Source: an uncultured Aliarcobacter sp. (GTDB lineage Bacteria > Campylobacterota > Campylobacteria > Campylobacterales > Arcobacteraceae). Taken from it: a stretch of DNA of 64,000 nucleotides. A program made the translations under genes and the position numbers. The stretch is taken from positions 736,001 through 800,000 of the forward strand of contig OY781945.1 in the NCBI GenBank assembly GCA_963677435.1, given 5' to 3'. Each line of letters begins with the position of its first letter. Positions within the stretch are counted from its first letter, which is position 1. The notes beneath the pieces were generated by a model. The model did no database searches. It was not told the origin of the DNA and was given only the letters and a program-made list of their open reading frames with translations. Shown piece after piece: positions 1 to 10,106 of the stretch.

Positions 1-1640
1 TTAATTCGTAAAAATCCAACTGATTGTTCATAAGCTTTTGCTCCTATTCCTTTTACTTTTAGAAGTTCTGCTTTTGTTTTGAAGTTTTTGATTTTTTCTT
101 TATGTTCTATTATATTAAGAGCTAGTTTTTCTGAGATTCCTGAGATAAAAGAGAGTAGTTTATATGAAGCTGAGTTTATGTCAACTCCTACTTTATTTAC
201 TAAATCCACAGTTACATTTTCTAGTTTAGCACTTAACTCTTTTTGATTTACATCGTGTTGATATTGTCCAATTCCTAGTGATTTTGGGTCAATTTTTACT
301 AAAGCTGCCATTGGGTCACGAAGCCTTTGAGCTATTGAAATTGCACCTCTTATTGTTACATCTAGATTTGGATATTCCATCATTGCTATTTTTGAAGCTG
401 AATAAACACTTGCTCCTATTTCACTAACAACTGCATATTTTACATCTAAGTTATTCTCATTTATCAATTTTGATATAAATGCTGCTGTTTCTTGGGATGC
501 TGTTCCATTTCCTATTGCTATTGAGTTGATTTTATATTTTTTGATAAGCTCTAAAACTACTTTTGAAGAGTTTACAAAATCCTCTTTTGGTTTGGTTGGA
601 TAAATCACATTTGAAGCTAGATAATTTCCATTTTCATCAATTACAGCTAATTTACATCCACTTACAAAGCCAGGATCCATTCCTAAAATCACTTGATTTA
701 CAAGAGGAGGAGTAAGAAGTAGCTCTTTTAGATTTTTTCCAAAAAGTGTGATTGCTTCACTTGATGCTTTCTCTTTTAGTTCACTCAGAGCTTCTCTTTT
801 TAGACTTGGAAGAAGTAGTCTTTTTAGTCCATCTTTGTAGGCTTCAAAAACTAACTCTTTTGAGCTTGATGCACTTGATGGGATTTTATATTTTTTTATA
901 TTTTCTAAAATATAGTTTTCATCAACTTCGATTTTTACTGTTAGCTCTTTTTCATTTACAGCTCTATTGATTGCTAGAAATCTATGTGATTTTATATATT
1001 TTACTTTTTCACTTACATTTGCAACACTTACATAAACGCCATTTTCATTAAATGTTTTTGTTTTTTTAGTCTCTAAAATTCCATAGTTTAAAACTGTATT
1101 TCTAATCACTTCTTTTGTTCTAAAATCATCGGCATATCTTTGGGCGATAATATCACTAGCTCCATTTATTGCATCTTCTATAGTTGTAACTTCTTTATTT
1201 ATAAACTGTTTTGCTTTTTGGTTTATTTCATCAAGTGAATATTTCATTGATTGAATAATATTAGCAAGTGGTTCAAGTCCATTTTCAATAGCAGTTGATG
1301 TTCTTGATGATTTTTTATCTTTAAAGGGTGCGTAAATATCTTCTAACATTTGTAAAGTTGTGGCACTATTTATGTGATTTTGGATTTTTTCATCTAAAAA
1401 ATTTCTCTCTTTTAAAATAGAGATAATTTCTTCTTTTCTTGTTAGAAGTTTTAGTGAATAATTATATATATCTTCAAAATCACGAAGTTGTTCATCTGTA
1501 GCATTTGAAGTTAAATCTTTTCTATATCTTGCAATAAAAGGAATCGTACAACCATCTTCTAAAAGTTTTAGTATGTTTTGAATAACACCTTTAGAAAATG
1601 AGGTTTTTTGCTCTAGTAAGTTTATTAAATTATCAGTCAA
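1..1640 (-). CDS. tex: Tex-family RNA-binding transcriptional accessory protein (3' end runs off the window)
   Basis: Not in the ORF track; read by hand from TTG at 1640: MTDNLINLLEQK...LEDGCTIPFIARYRK, later ILGMDPGFVSGCK, VSEIGASVYSAS, QRLRDPMAALVKIDPKSLGIGQYQHDV, which are Tex hallmarks. Start overlaps the stop of the 1633..2367 gene. Confidence 0.93.
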   Translation of the reverse strand, partial: MTDNLINLLEQKTSFSKGVIQNILKLLEDGCTIPFIARYRKDLTSNATDEQLRDFEDIYNYSLKLLTRKEEIISILKERNFLDEKIQNHINSATTLQMLEDIYAPFKDKKSSRTSTAIENGLEPLANIIQSMKYSLDEINQKAKQFINKEVTTIEDAINGASDIIAQRYADDFRTKEVIRNTVLNYGILETKKTKTFNENGVYVSVANVSEKVKYIKSHRFLAINRAVNEKELTVKIEVDENYILENIKKYKIPSSASSSKELVFEAYKDGLKRLLLPSLKREALSELKEKASSEAITLFGKNLKELLLTPPLVNQVILGMDPGFVSGCKLAVIDENGNYLASNVIYPTKPKEDFVNSSKVVLELIKKYKINSIAIGNGTASQETAAFISKLINENNLDVKYAVVSEIGASVYSASKIAMMEYPNLDVTIRGAISIAQRLRDPMAALVKIDPKSLGIGQYQHDVNQKELSAKLENVTVDLVNKVGVDINSASYKLLSFISGISEKLALNIIEHKEKIKNFKTKAELLKVKGIGAKAYEQSVGFLRI

Positions 1641-2367
1641 GTATTACCTCTTTAAAATCACTTCTTGTGTTGTTTGTTGGTTTGTTTGAAGCAGCTCTAA
1701 CTGTGTAAACAAATGATATTTTTGGAGTATCTGTTATATTTTTACTTGCATGATGCAGTGTTTTACAGTGAAATAATACAACATCACCCTTTTGAAGATT
1801 TGTATGAACTTTTGTTTTTATAAGTTCAATATTTTCTGGATGTGTATCTAAAAAATTGCTTTTTTCATCAAATTGATCTTTTTTAAAAGTAATTTTATGT
1901 GAAGTAGGAATAAATTCTAAAAGACCATTTTCTATAAATTCATCTCCAAGACTTAACCATACAGATACTAAATTATTATTCTCAAAATTCCAATATCTTC
2001 TATCTTGATGCCAAAAAGTTCTAGTGCTTTCATGGGGAAGTTTAGTCATAATAGAGTTATGGTGAGCTAAAGTTAAAACTGGAGTATCATTTAAAATTTG
2101 TTTTAAAATAGGTCTAATTTTCTCATTTGTCATCCAGTTTTTGAAAACTTCTTCTCTATCATAAACTTGTCTTAGTCTTCGTACAGTAACTTTGTCTATC
2201 TCTTTTTGCATATATTCTTGTTCAGTTTCAATTGGAGCAATTTTTTGTTCTAGATGAGATTTAGCTTTTGCTAAAATCTCATCACAAAGTTCACTATTTG
2301 CAAAGTTTTTAAGAAGTAAGAATCCATTTTCATGGAATTCTTTTAGTTGATTTTCATCTAATATCAT
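1633..2367 (-). CDS. Phytanoyl-CoA dioxygenase (PhyH)-family Fe(II)/2OG dioxygenase
   Basis: F-x-x-NGF N-terminus, WHQD (HxD), VSVWLSL, ENGLLEFIPTSH, GDVVLFH...LHHAS. Confidence 0.88.
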   Translation of the reverse strand: MILDENQLKEFHENGFLLLKNFANSELCDEILAKAKSHLEQKIAPIETEQEYMQKEIDKVTVRRLRQVYDREEVFKNWMTNEKIRPILKQILNDTPVLTLAHHNSIMTKLPHESTRTFWHQDRRYWNFENNNLVSVWLSLGDEFIENGLLEFIPTSHKITFKKDQFDEKSNFLDTHPENIELIKTKVHTNLQKGDVVLFHCKTLHHASKNITDTPKISFVYTVRAASNKPTNNTRSDFKEVILD

Positions 2368-2420
2368 GGTTTCTCTTAATATTTATAATTTGGTGTAATT
2401 ATAGTAAAAAAAACTTTTTT

Positions 2421-3131
2421 TTAATTGATAATAGCATTATGCCATTGAACTAGAGTTATTCTTCTTCCTTGATTTACCTTTAAAACTTCATGGGTAAAAA
2501 ATGGATTACTTAAAAATACTAACATAGTTCCGGCTTTTGGTTTTATTTTTATCTCATTTCCATCTTTGTCATATAAAAAGTTAAATAAAAGTTCTCCACC
2601 TGTAAAGGTATCATCACTTATATTTTCATCATATGTTGTTGTAAATAAAACTGTTGAGATTTTTCTTTGTTTTGCAACGGGAAGAAAACCTACTAATTGT
2701 TCATCTTTATATAACATACTTGAATCATCACTATGCATGGTATAAAATGAGTCTTTTAAATATTCTAAAACTTGAACTTCAGTTGAAGTTGTAAGTGCTA
2801 TTTTAAAATAATCTTCGATTAAGGCTTGATATTCTAAAAATCTATTTGTGTATAAATCTAAATATTTTTCACCTAATGAATATATATTTGTTTTTCTAAT
2901 TTTTTCATTTGTTTCTGAAGATATTACTGTATCTATAGTTTTTATTTGTGCTTTTTGATAGTCATCATCTTCTTTGATTTGCTTATTAATCTCTTTACAG
3001 TCATGAATACTTAGAAAATTGTCAATAATCAAATAAGGATAGTCATAATATGGGTTAGGTAATAATTTAGTTTCAATGTCAAATGTAATTAAGAAATCAG
3101 CACAATATATATTATTGCTAATTTGTGTCAT
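2421..3131 (-). CDS. 2OG-Fe(II) oxygenase (prolyl-hydroxylase-like)
   Basis: IIDNFLS, MHSD (HxD), FTGGEL, KPKAGTMLVF, THEVLKV-x3-RR-ITLVQW. Confidence 0.88.
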   Translation of the reverse strand: MTQISNNIYCADFLITFDIETKLLPNPYYDYPYLIIDNFLSIHDCKEINKQIKEDDDYQKAQIKTIDTVISSETNEKIRKTNIYSLGEKYLDLYTNRFLEYQALIEDYFKIALTTSTEVQVLEYLKDSFYTMHSDDSSMLYKDEQLVGFLPVAKQRKISTVLFTTTYDENISDDTFTGGELLFNFLYDKDGNEIKIKPKAGTMLVFLSNPFFTHEVLKVNQGRRITLVQWHNAIIN

Positions 3132-3155
3132 TTACCACCTTTCATAAACATATGT

Positions 3156-3560
3156 TTATGAAAGTTGCTTAGTAAGATTTTTTAAATCACCAAGTACCCA
3201 AATATCTACAATTTTCCCATCTCTAAATTTAAAAAAAGATGCTCCATTATAGACAATTTTATTATTAGTTGGTTCATAATCGAATAACTTACCAGTATGT
3301 CGTCCATTATATAAAGCTTTTACTGCAATATTTTCATCTTCACAAACCATAGTAATAATACTATGAAAAAGGTTTGGAATAGCAATATGCATAGTATCCA
3401 TATATTTTTCGAACTCTTTTTTTCCTACAACTGAAATATCTAAAGAACCGTGAAAAGTTATCTCATCATCAAATAAAATGTCAATATAATCTTTATTGTG
3501 TTTATTCCATAATTCATTGTAATATAATTTTACTAACTCTTTATTAGTCAATTTCTTCAT
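3156..3560 (-). CDS. SnoaL-like / ester cyclase family protein (NTF2 fold)
   Basis: Likely start MKKLTNKELVKLYYNELWN (ATG at 3560) rather than the track start at 3620; GRHTG, FKFRDGKIV, W-x-x-GD. Confidence 0.85.
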   Translation of the reverse strand: MKKLTNKELVKLYYNELWNKHNKDYIDILFDDEITFHGSLDISVVGKKEFEKYMDTMHIAIPNLFHSIITMVCEDENIAVKALYNGRHTGKLFDYEPTNNKIVYNGASFFKFRDGKIVDIWVLGDLKNLTKQLS

Positions 3561-3774
3561 GATTTCCCTTGTGGTTTGAACTATAATCATCATCAAAATC
3601 ATAGTTATCATATTCATCATAATCTACAGTAAACATTTTTGCATAACCTAGCTTTTGAAGTTCTTTGTCAATATTCTCTTCTGTCAATCTATTTTTTACT
3701 CTATCCATGATTAATTCAATGTGCTCTTCACTAACATTGTTTGCTCTTAATTCATAAATAATCGCTAAATCCAT
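3544..3774 (-). CDS. Small hypothetical protein (76 aa) with acidic Tyr-Asp repeat tail
   Basis: ATG preceded by AGAGGA; sits in a co-oriented gene run and overlaps the SnoaL start; tail VDYDEYDNYDFDDDY. Confidence 0.75.
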   Translation of the reverse strand: MDLAIIYELRANNVSEEHIELIMDRVKNRLTEENIDKELQKLGYAKMFTVDYDEYDNYDFDDDYSSNHKGNHEEID

Positions 3775-3818
3775 AATTTTAATTCCTCTAATTAATATAT
3801 ATTTATTTTGATTTTAAA

Positions 3819-4916
3819 TTACTTTATATTAGGCTTTTTATCAATATATAAACTGCTTAACATATATAAAATTGTTTTAACAGACTTTATAGAAGCTGTT
3901 TCCTCAACCGTATGATAACCTGTTGTTGGTATTTGTAAAGTTGAACCTTGAATAGATCCTTTCGATTCCATTACGATTCTACCAAGTTCTGTACTTCCAA
4001 GAGTAAGTAAAGGTAAGTTTTTCTCTTTTCTTATTTTGTTTTTCTCTTGAATATAAGTATCTTTACATGAAAAATCAATTCGATTTTTATGGCAGAAATT
4101 TTTTAGTTGTTTTAAAACAGGAGATTTAAATCGTGCATTTGCATCTCTATTTCTTAAAACTACTTGTTGAACTTCAGCTTCAATTCTTGTATCATAAGGA
4201 CTTGTATCTAGAACTAATAATTCATTTGTTGTTACTTTATTTTTTCTAAACCACTCATAAACATATCTCCAAGATTTTCCAGCTTCTTCTTGTGCTGTAA
4301 AAAATGCTGTTCCTTGAAATCCATTTTGGTATAAATAGATAATAATAGCAGCACTAATAACATTATCAAGTTGAGCCGAGATTAAATCATCTTCAATATT
4401 GAGTCTATCGCTAAATGCAATTGGTGTTCCTGGTTGCAAGTGAGATAAACCTTCAATTTCAAAAACCAAGTTATTAACTTCTTCACACATGAAAGCATCA
4501 GTAATTTTACCAATTCCTAAATAACCTCCACTCCAAGGTTCGTAAGCTTGTACTTGTTGATTTATGTATCTTTTTGCAATTAACTGATAAGTTTGCTCAG
4601 ATAGAGAATTCCCTCTTAAATCAGAACGGTTTTTTGCAAGAAAGGCAGCAAATTGGAATTCATTTGGGCCTGTACAAATAACACCATGTCTATCAATGTG
4701 TGCACTTAGCATTCCTTTTGTAGGATTTTTACCTTGAGCAACTAATAAACCATCATAATATTGAGTTTGTATACCAATTTCTTCAAGTTCTCTTTTTAAA
4801 TACAATAAAAATGAGTGTTCAGCACCAGTTACTGATGGAACTCTTATTAATTGTTTTAATAAGTCGAGGAAATGTACAAAATTCATAACGGGTTCATTTG
4901 TAGATGAACTATCCAA
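3819..4916 (-). CDS. M42/M20/M28-like zinc metallopeptidase
   Basis: PSVTGAE, SAHIDRHG, AQLDN, AQEEAG, VLDTS, GYHT metal-binding pattern; AGGAG RBS. Confidence 0.8.
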   Translation of the reverse strand: MDSSSTNEPVMNFVHFLDLLKQLIRVPSVTGAEHSFLLYLKRELEEIGIQTQYYDGLLVAQGKNPTKGMLSAHIDRHGVICTGPNEFQFAAFLAKNRSDLRGNSLSEQTYQLIAKRYINQQVQAYEPWSGGYLGIGKITDAFMCEEVNNLVFEIEGLSHLQPGTPIAFSDRLNIEDDLISAQLDNVISAAIIIYLYQNGFQGTAFFTAQEEAGKSWRYVYEWFRKNKVTTNELLVLDTSPYDTRIEAEVQQVVLRNRDANARFKSPVLKQLKNFCHKNRIDFSCKDTYIQEKNKIRKEKNLPLLTLGSTELGRIVMESKGSIQGSTLQIPTTGYHTVEETASIKSVKTILYMLSSLYIDKKPNIK

Positions 4917-5278
4917 TTTATTCTCCTGGAAATTTTAGATAGAATAAGGCTGTAGGAAGCTAGATTAAATACTTTACGATTTAATTCTTATTCTATGCTG
5001 TAATTATAAACCATAAAAAAAAGAAATTTCCTGAAAGAAATCTTAAAATTATTTTTGCCATTAAAAAGCCCTAAAAATCGCTGACAATAAAGAATAAATA
5101 AATTTTTTAAGATGGAGATTTAATAAATATTATGAAAAAATCTTCAAAAAATAATCGATTTTAATCTAAAGTATTTTAATCAGGATTAAATTTATTTATT
5201 TTTTATAAAAATAAGATATAATTTTGAAAATAAAGATATTAAAAAACACAAATGAATATATAAAAATAGGAGAAAAAG

Positions 5279-6865
5279 ATGGCAAAAGAGTTATCAGCAC
5301 TAGAGCAGTTAAAAGCTTCAAGAAATCCTTTAAGAGTAATTGATGATGTATATAAAGAAGCACTAGAAGGTGTTCCTTTAAAAGATGAATATATTGGACT
5401 TTTAAAATGGTATGGAATGTATCCTCATATTAATAGTGATGGAAGAGAAGATAAAAAATATTTTATGAAAAGAATTAAATTAGTTGATACTAAGATGAAT
5501 TTAGAGCAATTAAAAGTTATGGCTAAAATTGGTCAAGAATATGCTCAAGGTTTAGTTGACTTTACAACTAGACAAAATGTTCAGTTTCACTATATCCAAA
5601 TCAAAGATATGCCAGCTATTTTAGAGTTGTTAGAATCAGTTGGATTAACTTCAAGAATGGCATCAGGTGATGGACCAAGACCAATTATGACTTGTCCTGT
5701 AAGTGGAATAGATGAGGGTGAAATTATTGATGCTGCAAAACTTGTAAAACAAGTTGATACATATTTTGATGTAAATGAAGATAGATTCTGTAACTTCCCT
5801 AGAAAATACAAAATTGGAATTTCAGGATGCAAATGTCACTGTGCAGCTCATGAAATTCAAGATGTTGCTTTTACAGGTTTTAAAACTGAAAATGGTGAAG
5901 TATTATTTGATTTAACTATTGGTGGAGGATTATCAAAATCAAAACAAATAGCTACTCGTGCAAACAGATATGTAAAACCTGAACAAGTTCAAGATGTTGC
6001 AGTTGCTTGTGCTGAAATCTTTAGAGACAATGGAAATAGAGATAATAGAAATAAAGCAAGAGTTAGACACCTTTTAAATGACTGGGGAATTGAAAAATTC
6101 GTTGCTGAAATTGAAAAAGTTATTGGATATTCTTTACAAGAAGGTTTAGTTGAACCAAAAATTGCTTCATTTGAAAATAGAAATCACTTTGGAATAAATA
6201 AAGCTCAACAAGAAGGTGAGTCTTATATTGGATTTGCTACAAACTCTGGAAGAGTAGCTGGTGAAGATTTTCAAGCTATGTATGATATTTGTAAAAAATA
6301 TAATGCTGCTGGTTTATCTTTAACTGCTACTCAAAACTTTATTATTTATGGTGTAAAAGATGAGGTAGCTGAAGATTTAGCAAATGAAATTGCAGAACTT
6401 GGATACCCTTATGCACCAACGCCTTTTAGAGCAAGATTACAATCATGTACAGGAAAAGAGTTCTGTAAATTTGGTATTACTGAAACTAAAGAGTTTGCAA
6501 AAAAAGTTTTAGTTGAACTTGAAGAAAGATTCCCTGAGTTTACAGAAGATGTAACTATCTCTATTTCTGGATGCGGAAATGGATGTTCTCAACCACAAAT
6601 TTCTGATATTGGATTTGTTGGTGGAATGATTAGACACGAAGGTGAAAGAGTTGAAGGTTATGAAGTTCTTTTAGGTGGAAACTTAGAAGGTGTTAATGGA
6701 AGTAGAATTTCAAGAAAAGTTGGAGTAAAAGTTCCAGCAACTGGATTAGTTAATTATGTTGGACAATTAATAAATGATTATAAAGCTGATAATTTAGGTC
6801 AAAAAAGATTTAAAGACTATTTAGCAGTTTTACAACCAGCTGGCGCTGTGAGTGAAGAGGATTAA
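5279..6865 (+). CDS. Ferredoxin-dependent nitrite/sulfite reductase (siroheme-[4Fe-4S] protein)
   Basis: LKWYGMY, FTTRQNVQFH, NFPRKYKIGISG, CTGKEFC and SGCGNGC ligands, DIGFVG. The substrate cannot be settled by eye. Confidence 0.9.
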   Translation: MAKELSALEQLKASRNPLRVIDDVYKEALEGVPLKDEYIGLLKWYGMYPHINSDGREDKKYFMKRIKLVDTKMNLEQLKVMAKIGQEYAQGLVDFTTRQNVQFHYIQIKDMPAILELLESVGLTSRMASGDGPRPIMTCPVSGIDEGEIIDAAKLVKQVDTYFDVNEDRFCNFPRKYKIGISGCKCHCAAHEIQDVAFTGFKTENGEVLFDLTIGGGLSKSKQIATRANRYVKPEQVQDVAVACAEIFRDNGNRDNRNKARVRHLLNDWGIEKFVAEIEKVIGYSLQEGLVEPKIASFENRNHFGINKAQQEGESYIGFATNSGRVAGEDFQAMYDICKKYNAAGLSLTATQNFIIYGVKDEVAEDLANEIAELGYPYAPTPFRARLQSCTGKEFCKFGITETKEFAKKVLVELEERFPEFTEDVTISISGCGNGCSQPQISDIGFVGGMIRHEGERVEGYEVLLGGNLEGVNGSRISRKVGVKVPATGLVNYVGQLINDYKADNLGQKRFKDYLAVLQPAGAVSEED

Positions 6866-9126
6866 TTTTTGAATTTTTTATGATTTGCTTTTTGCTCATA
6901 CATAGATTCATCTGCTTTTTTAAGTAGTGAATCTAGTGTATCACCTTTTTCATAATTTGCTATTCCAAAACTACAAGTTACTGTTATAGAATCACTAAAT
7001 TCAATCTCTTTTAATAAATTTTCTAAATTACAAACTATATTTTTTGTTTGAGATAGGGTAGTTTGAGGTAAGATAATTAAAAATTCATCTCCACCCCATC
7101 GTCCAATAAAATCAATATTTCTAATATTTTTATTTATTATGTCAGAAATTTTGATTAGAACTTCATCTCCTAAATGATGTCCAATATTATCATTAATATC
7201 TTTGAAATCATTAATATCAAAAAATATAATTGAAAGATCTGATTTATATCTTTTATTTCTTATTATCTCTATTTCACAAAGTTCTTCAATTCTTCTTCTA
7301 TTATATATATTTGTTAATCCATCTTTATTTGCCAATTCTGATAACTGTTTTTCTATCTCTTTTCTTTTTTTTATCTCTTTTTTTAATTTGAAGTTAAAAT
7401 ACATAAAAATTATCAATAATAAAATAAAAGGAATAATGATTTTAGCAATAAAATATATATCAATAGTTTTTGGATAAAAAATAAATTGATAGTTATTTAA
7501 AATATTATTTTTGTCATCTTGCGTAAATCTATTAATTGCACTATTTAAAATATTAATAAATAATCTATTTTTTTCTTCACTTTGTAAATAGATATTTAGT
7601 TTATGATCTAATAAAGTATTTATTTTTATATTATTTAGATTATTTTTATTTATTTTATGAGATATTGTATACATATTATCAATCAATGCAAATATCTCAT
7701 TTTTTTCTAATTTCATCAATGCTATATCAATAGAATCAATTCCAATAAAATTTATTTTTGGATACTCTTTTTGTAAAGTTGATATTATTTCTAAATTATT
7801 GATTACACCAATTTGAATATTTTTGAGAGTTGATAGGTTAGTAATAAAATTTTTATCATTTTTTGTAATAAGTGCTATTGGAACTTGGGCAACAGAATCT
7901 GTTAATAAATAACCAGAAGTGTTTTTCTTCTCAAAACTATAAATAAATTTTGCTTTTATTGTATTTGAAAAAATACTAAATATTTGATTATTTATAGTTT
8001 CTTCAATATTAAGAGGTTTTGATAATTTTTTAGAAATCAAATTCCAAAAATCAATTTCAATACCTTTTAATTGGTTTGTGATTTTAAAAGAAAAAGGAAT
8101 TTTATTATCTTCTACATAAAGTGTGAAATTATTATTTTCTAAATATTTACTATCTTCATCACTTAAAAGAATATTCATTTTATCTAAGATAATAGAATTA
8201 GTATCAAATATAGTATTTTGTTTATTTAATCCTAAAAAGCTATAAAATCTTTTTATTTCATCAATTGTTTGTGAGTCAATTTTTCCTAATTTACCCTCAT
8301 CTATTCCTGCTAATTTTCTTAACATGAATCCTTCATAAATTAAAGAATCTAAACTTTTATTTTGAGTATTATATTTTTCATAAATTAATTTTGCAGTCTC
8401 TTCAATATTATTAAAGGCATCTCTCCAACCTTTTAAAGAAGCATTATTAAAATTTTGTACTCTTGTTGGATTACTTAATAACTCTTTTTGTGAAGTATAA
8501 AGTATTCCTTCATAAAAATCAAAGTTATAATTGTGTGGATTTAATATATTATATTTAATATTTTGTTTTTCTAGTATATAAGGTTCATTTGATAAAAAAC
8601 AAGCCATTGCATCAGTTTTTTTGTTAATTAAATCATTTATGTCAAAAGAATGTTTTTGAATTGTAATATCATTTAGTTTTACCCCTTGAGAAATAATCAT
8701 TGAATTGATACTTGCAGAACTAATTGCATCATCTGTTATCATTATTTTTTTGTGTATTAAATCTTTTGGAGTATTAATATTTGATTCTTTTAGGCTCATT
8801 AGTACTAAAGGAGAAGCTTGATAAATAGCAGATAATAAGATTAAATCATTTCCATTAAATTTATCTATAATTAAAGATGACTTCCCCACCCCATATGTTG
8901 CTTCAGTTTCCATCACTTCTTTTAAGACATTTGAATTTGAATTAAATTCTTTAATATCAACATCCAATCCAACAGCATTATAATAACCTTTTTCTTTAGC
9001 TATATAATAACCAGCAAATTGGAACTGATTTAACCAATCAAGATAAAGTGTAACTTTTTCATTTGATTGTGCATCTAAGCTTGTAACAAGTATTAAAAAT
9101 AATAATAGTAGTCTTTTTAAAATCAT
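6862..9126 (-). CDS. Membrane-bound diguanylate cyclase with N-terminal NMT1/THI5-like and second solute-binding domains
   Basis: Signal peptide, LDWLNQFQFAGYYIAKEKGYY, one TM, DGLTNIYNRR, FFDINDFKDINDNIGH, RNID I-site, GRWGGDEF. Confidence 0.88.
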   Translation of the reverse strand: MILKRLLLLFLILVTSLDAQSNEKVTLYLDWLNQFQFAGYYIAKEKGYYNAVGLDVDIKEFNSNSNVLKEVMETEATYGVGKSSLIIDKFNGNDLILLSAIYQASPLVLMSLKESNINTPKDLIHKKIMITDDAISSASINSMIISQGVKLNDITIQKHSFDINDLINKKTDAMACFLSNEPYILEKQNIKYNILNPHNYNFDFYEGILYTSQKELLSNPTRVQNFNNASLKGWRDAFNNIEETAKLIYEKYNTQNKSLDSLIYEGFMLRKLAGIDEGKLGKIDSQTIDEIKRFYSFLGLNKQNTIFDTNSIILDKMNILLSDEDSKYLENNNFTLYVEDNKIPFSFKITNQLKGIEIDFWNLISKKLSKPLNIEETINNQIFSIFSNTIKAKFIYSFEKKNTSGYLLTDSVAQVPIALITKNDKNFITNLSTLKNIQIGVINNLEIISTLQKEYPKINFIGIDSIDIALMKLEKNEIFALIDNMYTISHKINKNNLNNIKINTLLDHKLNIYLQSEEKNRLFINILNSAINRFTQDDKNNILNNYQFIFYPKTIDIYFIAKIIIPFILLLIIFMYFNFKLKKEIKKRKEIEKQLSELANKDGLTNIYNRRRIEELCEIEIIRNKRYKSDLSIIFFDINDFKDINDNIGHHLGDEVLIKISDIINKNIRNIDFIGRWGGDEFLIILPQTTLSQTKNIVCNLENLLKEIEFSDSITVTCSFGIANYEKGDTLDSLLKKADESMYEQKANHKKFKN

Positions 9127-9173
9127 TCAATATTCTACAACATTATTTATAAAAATAATATTGTAATAATAAT

Positions 9174-10106
9174 TTAAAAACTTAGAATCTCTCCATTGAA
9201 ATCATATTTAATATTTTGACCAATTTCAAGATTGTCATCAAAGCTGTGAATAAGTAGCTCTTTGTATTCAGTTTTAAGGATTATTTCATAAAAACTACCA
9301 TAAAAAACAATACTTTTTATAATTGCAGTAAATCTACCATTTGGAGTAATAAAAATATGCTCAGGTCTTACATAATTATTTTGCGAGATTTCTGTGATTT
9401 TTCCCAAGAAATTTGCACAATATAAATCTACTGGATTATGATATATATCTTTAGCAGTTCCTACTTGTAAAATATCTCCACCATTCATTATGGCAATTCG
9501 ATCAGATAAATAAAAAGCATCTTCTTTATCATGGGTGATAAACAAAGCTGTTATTCCAAAAGATTTTATCATCTCTTTTAGTTCAACTCTTAAATGAGCT
9601 CTTAATTCTGTATCAATATTACTTAAAGGTTCATCCAAAAGTAAGATTTTAGGTTTAGTGATAATTGCACGGGCTAGGGCAACTCTTTGTTGTTGTCCTC
9701 CACTTAATTCATGGGGAAATTTATTTTCTTGGCCTTTTAGTTTTGTTTTTTCTAAAACATCTTCTAAATCAGCTTTTGAAGCTTTACTTCCAAAGGTAAT
9801 ATTTGAAGCAATACTTAAATGGGGAAGTAGGGCATAGTTTTGAAAAACAACTGCAACTCCTCTATCTTTTGGTTGAAGATTGTTGTTTTTTGAAAAAACC
9901 TCTTTTTCATCAATTATAATTTCACCACTATCTGGTATTTCAAGACCTGCAATCATTCTTAAAAAAGTTGTTTTTCCACTTCCACTTTTACCAAGTATTG
10001 TAAAAATTTCACCCTCATTAATAAATAAATTAATATCATTTGCAACACAAATATTGCCTTTACAAAATACTTTTTTCAGATTTTTAATTTGTACAATTTT
10101 TTTCAT
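9174..10106 (-). CDS. fbpC: Fe(III) ABC transporter ATP-binding subunit
   Basis: GKSGSGKT, VFQNYALLPHL, LSGGQQQRVALAR, LLLDEP; third gene of an SBP-permease-ATPase run. Confidence 0.85.
   Translation of the reverse strand: MKKIVQIKNLKKVFCKGNICVANDINLFINEGEIFTILGKSGSGKTTFLRMIAGLEIPDSGEIIIDEKEVFSKNNNLQPKDRGVAVVFQNYALLPHLSIASNITFGSKASKADLEDVLEKTKLKGQENKFPHELSGGQQQRVALARAIITKPKILLLDEPLSNIDTELRAHLRVELKEMIKSFGITALFITHDKEDAFYLSDRIAIMNGGDILQVGTAKDIYHNPVDLYCANFLGKITEISQNNYVRPEHIFITPNGRFTAIIKSIVFYGSFYEIILKTEYKELLIHSFDDNLEIGQNIKYDFNGEILSF

Noticed and set aside
5040..5062. Possible sigma54 promoter (TGGCA on the minus strand) for the peptidase cluster
   Set aside because: No GC at the -12 position.
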